Assembly: GCA_013239625.1 (NCBI GenBank)
Contig: MU054212.1
Location: 2,232,001 to 2,296,000 of the forward strand
Length of the DNA: 64,000 nucleotides
Origin: Lama guanicoe
Taxonomy: Eukaryota
Direction of reading: 5' to 3'
Every line of letters starts with the position of its first letter. The stretch's first letter is position 1. The notes beneath the pieces were generated by a model. The model did no database searches and was not told where the DNA came from. It saw only the letters and a program-made list of their open reading frames with translations. The translations under genes were made by a program, and so were the position numbers. Of the stretch, positions 1 through 10,817 are shown piece after piece.

Positions 1-924
1 TAAGAATATTCTAGAAGCACGACTTTTAACGGTGAATAATCTCACATTGTACGGATGTACCATATCTTTGTAGCTGCTCCCCTAATAGGACTCAGCAGTG
101 CGCTGTGTCCTGTGTAGGGCCATTGCCAGCAAATAAGCACAACGTCCTATAGAAACCTTCTAATGTTTTAATTTTCCCACTTTATTTCATGGCCTTTGAG
201 GTGGAGATAATACAGAAAGGGAAGTTAGGTTTCAGGTTAGAGAAAAGGAAGGGGAAGAGGGTAAATATAACTTGCTATTAAATTTAGATTGCCACAAAAT
301 TCCCCACACCAAATAGTCTACTAAACCCATTAAATAAAAATTAAGTAATAGTATTTTTCTCTATTTCTACAACCCTACCAAAATGTTAAGCACAGATTTA
401 GTAAATATAAGATAAATAAATAGATTTTTTTAAAAGGCCAATAGATTCCATTAAAATAGCACCCTGAGAAATGGTTTACCAGCTTAATTGGAATGACGGT
501 CAAGGGAGATATTTAAAGCAGAGCACTTCAGTGACTCTAAACAAATGAACAAATGGCTCACTTAATTCATTTCAGTGTCTGGTCTGGTGGTACTCAAATG
601 TCTATTCAAAAGAATGTCCCATTGCATTGCCCCAGGGGCTGCTGCTTTCTTCCCTGCTCTGAATATATACAGACATTTAAAATTCATGTCTGATATAAAA
701 ACCATCTATACAGACCATGTTAAATGTCTTGGGTTCTACTTTGGAGTCTCAGAATTCTGACCAACGCCACAAGAACAACATGATCTGACTTTAAAGAAGT
801 CTGCCTTGGGTTAGAGGATGCCTCCCCAGTCAGGAAGAGTTCTAAAAATGTTTCAATATAAAGCATTCATTTGTGACTAAGCTATACTTAAAATGGAAGA
901 GACTCAGACGTGGATTGCAGAAAC

Positions 925-1080
925 ATTCTTGGAGCATGTACATTGTGCCAGAAATCGAACAGTATGCTTTCACATTTTTCATCTCATTTAATTCTCAAAA
1001 GCATCCTCTGAGGAAGAATTCTTAAACCCACATAATGAGTAAAGACAGCAAGACTCAGAAATGTTTAGCAATGAGCCCAT
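925..1080 (-). mobile_element. MIR SINE fragment
   Basis: Antisense MIR-like text: 'ctcatttaattctcaaaagcatcctctgagg...gactcagaaatgtttagcaatgagccca'. Confidence 0.7.
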
Positions 1081-1086
1081 AACCCT

Positions 1087-2480
1087 CATCTGTTTACTCG
1101 TCTACTCATTCAGGAAATTTTTTGAGTAGGTACTCAGTAGCAGGCCCTGAACAAGGCTCTTAGGGTACAGTCTTAAACCAGTCACGATCTCTACCCTCAA
1201 ACTAGCTACAATCTTGTGTACTAGACAGTGTGAAAACAGGCTAGACGAGTAAACCGTGTAAAAAATGCATCAATAGGAGTAAAACGTGGACATCAGATCA
1301 CATTGGAACAAATAACTAAGCTAAGGAAAAGCTGTTCCAATCAAGACTGGCTGGACACTGGCGAGAATGGCTGAAAGTATACCAGGCAGAGGACGGAGCA
1401 GATACAGAAGGCTGAAGGTAAAGAAGAGGCTCATGTGTGTGAAGATCTGAATGGGTTTCAAATGATGGGTGTACGCAGTGCAAAATTAAAGCACTGTGAG
1501 CAGTAAAGTCAAAGAAGTAAACATTAAGGTTTTGTAAGTCAAATTAAAACATTTAAGTTTAATATTAAATCAACAGAAAAGCCTTTGAAGTGTGTTAAGC
1601 AAGGACAGACACAGCCAGATTTGTGGTTTAGAAAGAGCCCCCTGAATGCTGTTGGAGAAGGTGTTAATGGGCTATAAAAGTGTGAACATAGAGAAGAGTC
1701 AGGAGACTACTAGGTAATCCAGGTAAGAAAGATGATGATGGCCTAAGACAGTGGTAGTGGTAATGAGAGGAGTAGGTCTGAGACTTGTTTATGAGATGTA
1801 ATTAATACAAAATGAACTTTTGTTGAAGGCTAGAAGGGAGAAGGAGGAAAGCTCTGAGTTGGCTGGATAAATGACAATACCATTCACTGGGACAGTTAAT
1901 ATGAGAGAGAAAGGGAGGTCTGATTGCCAAAGACCAAGAGCTAACTTCTGATACATAGACTTTGTGGTATCAGTGGATGCCAAGTGGAAGATGTACAGTA
2001 CATAGTGGGACTTATGAGCCTGAAGGTTGAATCCATGGGCATAAAAGTCAATTGAACATAGATGCTAACAGAACCTACACTTGGAGGTTGGTGAGAAACA
2101 ATTAGCTGAGGGAGAAGAGTCTATAAGGGAGAGCAAGAAGGACTGAATGGAGACGTACAAGAAGAACCCAAAGAATGTGTTATTTCAGAAACCACAAGGG
2201 AATAAGGGGCTTTAAAAGGGAGGAGCTAATTGTCAATATTATATGTGGTCCAATAAGATAAGGGCTGAAAATTGCCCGTTAGCTTTTGCAAATAGGAGGC
2301 TACTGGTCACTTTATCTAGGTTATCTTCATGGAGGTAATAGTAGAAACCAGATTGTTGTAGGTTTAGGAACAAATGAGAGACGAAGTGGAGGCAGACGGC
2401 TGTCTACTGAGGAGTCTAAATAAAGGAGGAAAGGGAAAAGACTGAGTGGCAGCTAGAGGAGGGATGCAGTTTCAAAAGGT
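1087..2480 (-). mobile_element. L2 LINE, long decayed 3' portion
   Basis: Begins with the antisense L2 3' end ('ctcattcaggaaattttttgagtaggtactcagtagcaggccctg...ggtacag'). Continues with the purine-rich antisense L2 body ('ccagatttgtggtttagaaagagcccc', 'gtaatccaggtaagaaagatgatgatggcct', 'gcaaataggaggctactggtcacttt'). Confidence 0.8.
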
Positions 2481-2929
2481 TATGTATGGATGTGGTTGTG
2501 CATATGTGTGAGCACAGTATTTTCTTTCTTTCTTTATGTGTGTATGTGGTTTTGCTCTGTAGGGCTACTTTGAAACCAGCTCTTCTGATTTCTATTCCAA
2601 GATCTTTTGGTTTTACCATTAACTAAAGTGCTTGTGTTATGAAATTATTATAAAAGAATTCTGTAAAGTTGCTCCAAGGGCCAAGTGAGCCATTGCCCTA
2701 AATCTAGGCTAAGTAGGTTTTATCCCATTACAAGTAATACATGGTAAATACATATACTACACTATGAAGACCAGATATTCTTGCCTAAGTGAGTTAGAAA
2801 AATTGCAGGACTAGTAGGGAGTAAGACAATAGAGAAATAATTATTTTTGAACAATTCTTTTAGAGGGAGATATTTAAAGAGGCAATAAAATAGCTGACTT
2901 TGAGTGTTAGATTTCTTCCCTTGGATTCT

Positions 2930-4578
2930 GAATTAAAGAAGACCAAAATAAATGGAAAGACATCCTATGCTCATAGACTGGGAAAGTAAGTATTGTTAAG
3001 ATGCTAATACTCTCCACATTGATTTCCAGATGGAATGCAATCCTTTTCAAGATATCAGCAGCCTTAAAAAATTAACAAACTGATTCTAAAATTATATGGA
3101 AATGCAAAGGACTCTAAATAGCCAAAACAGTCTTGAAAAAGAAGAACAAAGCTGGAGAACTTATACTTCCTTATTTAAAAACTTATTATAATATTATATA
3201 ATACACTAATAGAGCAGTAAAGACAGTGTGGTACTGTCACAGGATAGATATATATATCAATGGAATAGAATTGAGAGTACAGAAATAAACCCTTACTTCA
3301 TGGTCAGTTTGAGTTTTTACAAGGATGCCAAGCCAACTCAATGGGAGAAAGAACAATATTTTTAACAAATGGTGCTGGGACAACTAGATACCCTCATATG
3401 AAAGACTAAAGTTGGAACTCTATCTCACATCATATACAAAAAAATTAGGTCAAAGACCTAGATGTAATATCTAAAACTATAAAATTCTTAGAAGAAAACA
3501 TAGGCATTGGTTTTTCAGATATGACATCAAAAGCACAAGTCACAAAAAGAATAGGTAAATTAGATTTCATCTATATTTATAACTTTTGTGTTTCAAAGGA
3601 CATCATCAAGTGAGTGAAAAAACAACTCATGGAATGGGAGAAAATATTTGCAAATCGTATAACTTATAAGGAACTATTATCCAGAGTATATAAAGAACTT
3701 TTACCATTCAACAATAAAAGGACAAATAATGCAATTAAAATGTATTTGAATAGACATTTCTCCAAAGAAGATATACAAATGTACATGAAAAGATGCTCAA
3801 CACCATTACCTACCAGGGAAAAAACAAAACAAAACCACAATGAAACACCACATCACATTGACTAGGATTGCTATAACCCAAAAGACAGGCAGACAGTATC
3901 AAGTGCTGGCCAAGATCTGGAGGAACTAGAACTCTCACGCATCGCTGATTGGAATGTAAAATGGTGATGCAGATTTGGAAAATAGTTTAGCAGTTTCTTT
4001 AAAATATTAAATATACAATTACCACATAGTGTAGGAATTCCACCCCTAAGGATATACTCAAGAGAAATGAAAGCATATGTCTACATAAAAACTTGCTCAC
4101 GAATGCTCATACAGCATCATTCACAATAATAAAAAGTGGAAACAACTCATATGTCCCTCACTTAACTAATGGGTAAACAAAATATGGTATATATGGGAAT
4201 ATTATTCAGTTATAAACAGAAATGAAATACTGATACATGCTACAATATGGATGAAACTTGGAAACATTACACTGAGTGAAAGAAGCCAGTCATAAAAGGA
4301 CAAGTGTTGTATGATTCTATTTATATGAAATGCCAACACAGGCAAACCCGTGGAGACACAAAATAGGTGACTCGTGCCAGGGTCTGTGAGGAGACAGCAA
4401 ATACGAGTACCTGCTAATAGGTACGGTGGGGTTTCTTTCTGGGGTAATGAAAATGTCCCGGAGTTAGACAGTGGTGATGGTTACATAGCTTTGTGAACAT
4501 ACTAAATAAACCCTGCATGGTACGTTTCAAAAGGGTGGGTTTTATATTATTTAATTCATATCTCAGTTTTTTTTAAAT
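2930..4578 (+). mobile_element. L1 LINE (L1MB-like), 5'-truncated: ORF2 3' part plus 3' UTR
   Basis: ORF2 motifs 'aaataaatggaaagacatcctatgctcatagactgg' and 'aacaaatggtgctgggacaactagata'. ORF 3614-3865 (WEKIFAN...[11 protein letters not shown]) is an ORF2p C-terminal remnant. The 3' UTR reads 'ggggtaatgaaaatgtcc...gtggtgatggtt'. Confidence 0.92.
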
Positions 4579-4926
4579 GAAAGAAAGAGACATCGACGAA
4601 TACTCGCCTAAGAAATACTACGGATTATCAGCTCTGACAGTCCATTGAGTGCTAAGTTCTACTAAACCCCGTCCTTCAGGAAGGTAAGAATGGACCATTT
4701 TCATTTTATTCATGTTTAAATCCTATGGCAGAGGATACAGTTTCTACATATACACGTATAGATTTATGCTATATGCTTCAAAGTGTCTTGAAATTAAAAT
4801 GAACATTAAAAATTATTTTCTTAACCTGTCTGAAGAATCATGGCTGGAAACGTGCCATAGAGAAGGCCCAGCTGCAGGAGCATAGCTTACCTGTGGAATC
4901 TGTGAGCCCAGGTGATGGCACACATA

Positions 4927-5152
4927 TGCTGGCATTTCATATAAATGGAATCATACAAGATGTGGCCTTTTATAATGTTTCCCAGTTTCATCCATATTGT
5001 AGCATGTATCAGTATTTCATTCCTTTTTATAACTGAATGATATTCCCATATACACCATATTTTGTTTACCCATTAGTTAAGTGAGGGACAGGACATATGA
5101 GTTGTTTCCACTTTTTATTATTATGAGTGATGCTGTAAGAGAATTCATGGGC
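4927..5152 (-). repeat. Inverted copy of the L1 segment at 4094-4338
   Basis: The reverse complement aligns to 4094-4338 at roughly 90% by eye, with one ~22-bp deletion. Confidence 0.9.
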
Positions 5153-5779
5153 CTTAGAGACCTGGCCAGTCAGTTCATTTACCCATCTTTGAGTTTCCTA
5201 AGCAGTAAAAGAGACTTAGCCCAGCACGGCTCTCTCCAGTCCCTTCCAGCTCTGTCATTCAGAGGCTCTGAACCTTGAGGAAAATCTGTCTAGACAAACT
5301 AATGATACTCTCACAATATGGGGCTGGCAGGCCATCATCTTTTAAGAAAACCAACAAATAGAAACAGAACAACAAACCCCAGTACAGTAATTAGAGACCA
5401 GACCTAATTTGAATCCTCCATAATGAAACTCAGTTTTTTCTTGTTTTTTTTTTCAAAGGCACTGGAACAATCCTCAATGAATGAGCAGAGCCATCTCCAG
5501 AGTGAGATTCATCAGGAAAACTGCCACCAGCTCAGCGCCAAGCACATTGTGCTTGGTGCCCGAGGGCCCAGGCCTGGGTGGTACCAAGGGTGATGGCGAT
5601 GCAGTATTTCAGGAAGGCTATGGTGGGGATGTGGGGAGGAAAGAAAAATGAAGTCCCCAACTGAAATCATCCTGAGGCTTTTGTAATCTACACACGTTCA
5701 CACAGTTATCCAGCAGCCTTCCTACCTGTCCTAGTGAACAGGGTGGCTCATGCCCAATTCTATCCTTTTTCTCTCACAG

Positions 5780-5824
5780 GTGCTTGGACTAAAAAGAGAA
5801 GTAGGGAGAGGGGAGGACACACAG
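5780..5824 (+). other. Candidate 45-nt exon (unvalidated)
   Basis: Acceptor 'tatcctttttctctcacag|' and donor 'cag|GTGAGT' are both near consensus. Confidence 0.3.
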
Positions 5825-5919
5825 GTGAGTTTGCCACAATCTTCACTTCACTTGGAATGCACCAGGGAGTGAGAACTCCCTGGAAATGAGATGCTTTGTG
5901 AACTGAGGAAGGTTAGGAC

Positions 5920-6112
5920 AAGCTGATAAAGAGCTGGGTTTTGAAGCTAGGCTGCCAAGGTTGCAATCCTGACCCTGTAACCTGGTTTTGTGATGTAGGG
6001 TCAACATTTAATCTCCGTGAACTTCAGTTTCCTCATCTGTAAAGTAGTCTAAATTCCTACCCCAAAGAGTTGTTGTGAGAATTAAGTCACATGTTTATTA
6101 AATGGTAGATAT
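5920..6112 (+). mobile_element. MIR SINE
   Basis: MIR core 'ttaatctccgtgaacttcagtttcctcatctgtaaagt...gttgttgtgagaattaa'. Confidence 0.85.
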
Positions 6113-6264
6113 TATTTTAAACAATAACAAAATGCTATCGTATCTGTGCTCACAATCGCTCTATTTTTAATCCTATTTCCCTCAGCATTTTCTTCGATTT
6201 AGCAATAGCAGAGTCTATCCAGCTATGTTCTTTATATCAACATGACTTAATGCATGTTTATTAT

Positions 6265-6440
6265 GGTCTGTGTTAAAATCCTAGGGATCAGACAGAACTG
6301 TTTTCACATTCCTGACTCAAATATATATACCAGCTGTGTGATCCTAAGAAAGAAGTTTAATCTTTCCCGATACTCATCTTAAAAATACATAAAGTGGAGA
6401 CTTTATTAAGATACCATGTCTAAAGTCTTTAGAAAAGTCC
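6265..6440 (+). mobile_element. MIR SINE, highly decayed
   Basis: 'tcagacagaactg...ttcctgactc...accagctgtgtgatcctaagaaagaagtttaatct'. Confidence 0.6.
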
Positions 6441-6506
6441 TTGGGAAACAACTAGTATAAGTAAGTGTAGTTTCCCTCCTCTTACTTCTCATATATGCTA
6501 AATTAC

Positions 6507-6665
6507 CTTTATTCATGTTTCTTGAGTAATTCAAATCAATTAAATTATTTTGACAAGCTCAACAACCAACGATCGGATGGATAACGGATTGCACCGCAGT
6601 AAATCGTACAGGTAGTGAAAGTGGTTGAAAAAATACAAACTGGCCCTTGTTACGGTCTGCAGTGT
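6507..6665 (-). other. Candidate 159-nt exon: non-coding or a 5'UTR exon carrying the start codon (M-N-K, phase 1)
   Basis: On the minus strand: branch point CTAAC, acceptor 'ataatttctctatttaacag|', donor 'aag|GTAATT'. All three frames contain stops. The only ATG (plus-strand 6514-6516) lies 10 nt before the donor, with A at -3. The exon is locally CpG-rich. Confidence 0.4.
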
Positions 6666-7889
6666 CTGTTAAATAGAGAAATTATGTTAGCATTTTAAAA
6701 GTAATATCTAGAGAGAATTGTTCCCAGGGTTTACATAGTCTCTCTCCGTCACCGCTCTCTCTTTGTCTCTGTCTCTCTCTCACACACACACATACATCCT
6801 TCTGGCTTTAACTTAGCCGTTCCTTCAGAAGTACTCAGCTTTGCCTTTCATTTCTTTCCATATAAATGTAGAAATAAATTTCTCCAATTTACTGAAAAGT
6901 ATCTCCCAAAGGGACCAAGGGAGGCAGGAAATTAAACTGTGGTGCTGAAATCATTTCAGCACTCCAGCTTTGCCCCACAAATGTAAATTTAGGGAATTCC
7001 ACTTGTCAAAGTCCTCTTTGAAGCTTTGAATAATTGGATCCCAATTATTCTTAACCACATTATTCAGGCCTATGTTCAACTTAATATCTAAATAGATCAC
7101 ATTTTTTTTTGCCACCTACTAAAATTCCCCAAAGTGAATCTTGCCACATTATGCTCTTCAGTTAAGAGTGAAATTTCTGACTAAAAATGTTTTTACACAT
7201 ATCCCGAGATGGCTGCAAAATCCTCCACGATAACTAAAGCTACAAGAATTGGCATCACATTTGAATTGGTATCAACTTGTAGTAAAGATATGCTCAGGAA
7301 AAAAGGAATCATTGTAGTTTCTAACAATCACTTTAATACCTGAGACATCTTCCTTCTTACTAATCGCTATTCCTAATGGTTATAAAGTCAAAACAGACAG
7401 CAAAGAATTTGAAGGAAAATCATAGTATCTGGAAAGCACCCCTTTGAACAGGTTGAGTACAGTACAAATTACATGTTCTTACTCTACTTTCAAAAGGAAT
7501 TAATGTTTAAGATGGTGCCACGCACATTCTCTTGTTACATAATTTTCTTTTGATTTTCTGTTTCATACAGAGCACTGTTATCAACTGGCTACGCTATATT
7601 TTTGTGAATCCTGAATATCAACTCTTCACTTCAAATTCACAAGAGAAAGAAGAGAGTAGCAAGAAAACATTTCTTAAATTGATTTTAAAAAATAGACGTA
7701 TCTCGATGGTGCATGGAGAATCAAGATGGAGTTAGTATTACTTTTAAAATATAGACATATCATCACTGAAAAATATTTACTAAACACCTGGGTGCTGCAC
7801 TAGATGCCCCCTTTCTTCCAGGTGTCTAAAATCTCAAGCCAACGTCATTGTCTGGGGTGAATGCTTGCAGAATGGCTGGGGTAGGGGTG

Positions 7890-8065
7890 GGGAAGTTAAA
7901 ATTAATGAGCCACGCCCTGAGCTTGCTCTGCACTTGCTGTACCTAGTCTTGCTTAATCCTCACAGAAACCAGTCCTCTTTAGATCAGTAATGTGTTCAAG
8001 TTCTCACAACTGGTAGGTGGGAGAGTTATTACTCATGCTCAGGTCTCTCCGATACCATAGGACTG
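7890..8065 (-). mobile_element. MIR SINE, decayed
   Basis: 'cttgcttaatcctcacagaaacc...caagttctcacaactggtaggtgggagag...ctcaggtctctccgatacca'. Confidence 0.65.
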
Positions 8066-8080
8066 TTTGTTCCATTATAC

Positions 8081-8249
8081 CCACGGTTCTTTGATTGTTG
8101 TGACTGCTGGAGGGCAACTTATATTTAGTGGATAAAGGACAGGGATGTGGGTAATCCTGCAACAACACAAAGGACCATCTTCCTTAGCCCCTTACACCAA
8201 AGGATTATTTTATCCAAAATGTCACGAGTGCTGAGTTTGAGAATCCTTG
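8081..8249 (+). mobile_element. hAT-Charlie MITE (MER20-like), internally deleted
   Basis: 'ggacagggatgtgggtaatcctgcaac...aaggattattttatccaaaatgtcacgagtgctgagtttgagaatccttg' matches the MER20 3' half and terminal inverted repeat (TIR). Confidence 0.8.
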
Positions 8250-8699
8250 TATTACACCACGTTACAGACTGGGACATCAATAAGTTGTAATAAAATTTCA
8301 TTTTAGATATGAGTGGAGAGCTGTTTTTACATTTTGTGATTACTGGAGACAAGACTGTTATATGAATTTATTGATCCTAATTTAATATCACAATCAGTGG
8401 TGACAGAAAGTAATTGAGAAGTTTCTCGGGTGATAGAGACAAATCATTCTGGAATATAGCTTTATTTTGACATTTCTTACCACCAGGATATTTGCAAAAC
8501 CAACAGTTCACTTGTGTTAAGACATAATTTTTTTTCCAAAGTTATTTAACTTTTGCATTTATTTTCCTGATTTTAAATCCTAGACTTTTCAGAACAGATA
8601 GGATGAGTAAGCAATATTGATCCAATGGATTCAGAGTCTTTACATCCACAAACTATTTTAGATACCATATCAAGTTTATCTTAATAATAATTGTATACA

Positions 8700-8889
8700 G
8701 GGGAGGGTGTAACTCAAGTGGTAGAGCACATGCTTAGCGTGCACAAGGTCCTGGGTCCAATCCCCCGTACCACCTCTAAAAATAAATAAACCTAATTATC
8801 CCCCCAAATAAATTAATAATAATAATAATAGCAAAATAAAAATAAAATGCAGCTTCCTTAGAACAAATTAAAAAAACAAAACAAAACAA
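8700..8889 (+). mobile_element. tRNA-Ala-derived SINE (Vic-1-type, camelid)
   Basis: The head 'ggggagggtgtaactcaagtggtagagcacatgcttagcgtgcacaaggtcctgggtccaatccc' has A and B boxes, followed by 'ctctaaaaataaataaacctaattatcccccc' and an A-rich tail. Perfect 17-bp TSD 'aataataattgtataca' at 8683-8699 and 8890-8906. Confidence 0.92.
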
Positions 8890-9077
8890 AATAATAATTG
8901 TATACATAGTATAGTATGTCACATATTGTTTGCTATTTTTATGTGAGAAACGAAACAAAAATGGGTAAAAAAATTTTCTAATCTACTGGGTGGCCATCAA
9001 CCTAGGCAAGGTTCTCCATGAATTTCCTTAATGCTCCCTCATTTCTCTTTGCCTTTCTGGATATAACAGTAAGCTGA

Positions 9078-9165
9078 CTCTTCCTTCCTTCTTTCCTCCC
9101 TCTTTCTCCCTCCCTCCCTTCTTTCTTCTTTTCCTTTATTCTCTTCTTTGTTTTTTTCTTCCTTC
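9078..9165. repeat. Polypyrimidine low-complexity tract
   Basis: A (CCTT/CTT)-rich run of about 90 bp. Confidence 0.85.
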
Positions 9166-10817
9166 AGTACAAAGTTGACAGAAAAATAGTTGATGTTAGT
9201 TGCAGTCATGAGATTTATGAATGGTTGGCTAGAAACAATTTTCAGTGTCAACCCCAGTCCACACACGAACTCTGTATGTCTCTTTTTCCAGGTCTGTATA
9301 GATGGGCCATTTGCTCTGCAATTGGTTTTCTCAGCCTCCATTGTTTTCACTTGTTTTTTGCAGGAGCCACTAGATTGCAGCTTAATGTTTCCCATCTCTG
9401 CAGGCGCACTGAACAGGCGAAAGACGGGTAGCAACTGAGGAGAAACCTGCGTGGCCCTCCAGGATGCTGGAGCGGCACCACTGGAGGCAAATATTTTTTC
9501 TAATTAATCTGTCTGCCTCCTATCCTGCTCCTCCTGGGTATGACTTGGATTTTAAATCTGGATCATAATAGTCAGATGTCTGTGCCTTATATTTCAGTAG
9601 GTAAGGCAATCATAAGCACTTAAGTACAGCTTTCTTCCCCAAATGGTCACTAATGTCGGAGACTGACAGTTTAAAGAACATGCTATATATACTTTTAATA
9701 TCGACTTAAAAATATGTTCTTATCAGTGGTTGAATCTGGATCTGCAAAATTATGGGTATTTGACTCCATTTTTCTATAGCTTTTTTGGTATTTTTTCATA
9801 TTTTCTTGGACATAGGATAGGATCAATTTTATGTCTTATAAGATAATTCATTTATAATGCCATTACTGTTGGGTCTAGACAAAGGCAAGGAAAAATATAG
9901 CAGAAAGTTTCACAGGCTGCTGAGAAACCTAAAAATTTAACCCTCAGAACTAAAGAGCTGTTATAAAATATAACACAGAAGTAATGAGCATAACACTATG
10001 TACAGGTTTCAAATCAACTTTAAGGTAGATTTCCCAAATGCCGTATTTGAACTGTTCTTTTGAATGGACAGACACATACTCCTTTTCCATGCAGGTAGAA
10101 TTCATTAGTAAACCAATCTCCTTCTTAATGGTTAGTTGTAAAAATTAGAAATTCTAATTTCTTAAAATGTAATTGTTCAGGAAAAGACATTGAAACTCAA
10201 ATATATAGAAGGCTTTCACTGCACTGAGGGTACTGCTGTATAATTCTAGATTACTTTGGCAAATACTCTGTTGAAACCTGAAGTCTCGAGATTTGGAATA
10301 TCTAAGTTACAATGATGGAAGATATTTCTAAATTTCCACATTAAAAACTGGACCCACTCATATAATAGTGAGTAAAAGAAATTTTCTCCAGAAGGATCTT
10401 GCTATAAATGTACCAATATTAATTTTAGAAACAGTGTTTTAATACAAAGACTTTCAAAGTGCAAAAAAAATGTCAGAAAAGATGATGTTAAATCTATCCT
10501 AGATTTCCCACTACAAATACTACTGTATTTACTATTTATTAAATATACATGTACGGTATGTAAATGCCAGTATATATATGTGCCATATTTAGGATAGAAC
10601 CATTCTCACGGAGTTAAGATGAGAATATGAACTGCTTCTGAAAACACTGCAACAAAATTGTAAACCATGTATAAAATGAAATGGCCTTGCCGACGAACCC
10701 ACAGACAGAATATGGGGCAGGATCATGGTATTGTTATGGTGCTAAGGTTTTTCTATTCACATAGCATATTTGGAAAGGGAAATAAATAGCAAAAGGAAAA
10801 AGAAACATAGAACTTAC

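Noticed and set aside
562..658. Minus-strand exon downstream of the MNK exon
   Set aside because: The pyrimidine tract is weak, and joining gives only a 20-aa peptide before a stop.
3614..3865. ORFs 3614-3865, 13973-14203 and 58288-58479 as protein-coding genes
   Set aside because: They are short, frame-broken remnants of the L1 ORF2p C-terminus.
7028..7050. Perfect 10-bp hairpin (gaataattgg-atc-ccaattattc)
   Set aside because: It is too short for a pre-miRNA, and roughly one such AT-rich stem is plausible by chance in 64 kb.
8700..8775. tRNA-Ala gene
   Set aside because: The stems and B box are degenerate, and the SINE-specific 3' body, A-rich tail and 17-bp TSD show it is a retroposed SINE.
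9039..9434. 131-aa ORF with a K/E/R-rich C-terminus
   Set aside because: The charged tail is simply a translation of the low-complexity purine/pyrimidine tract.
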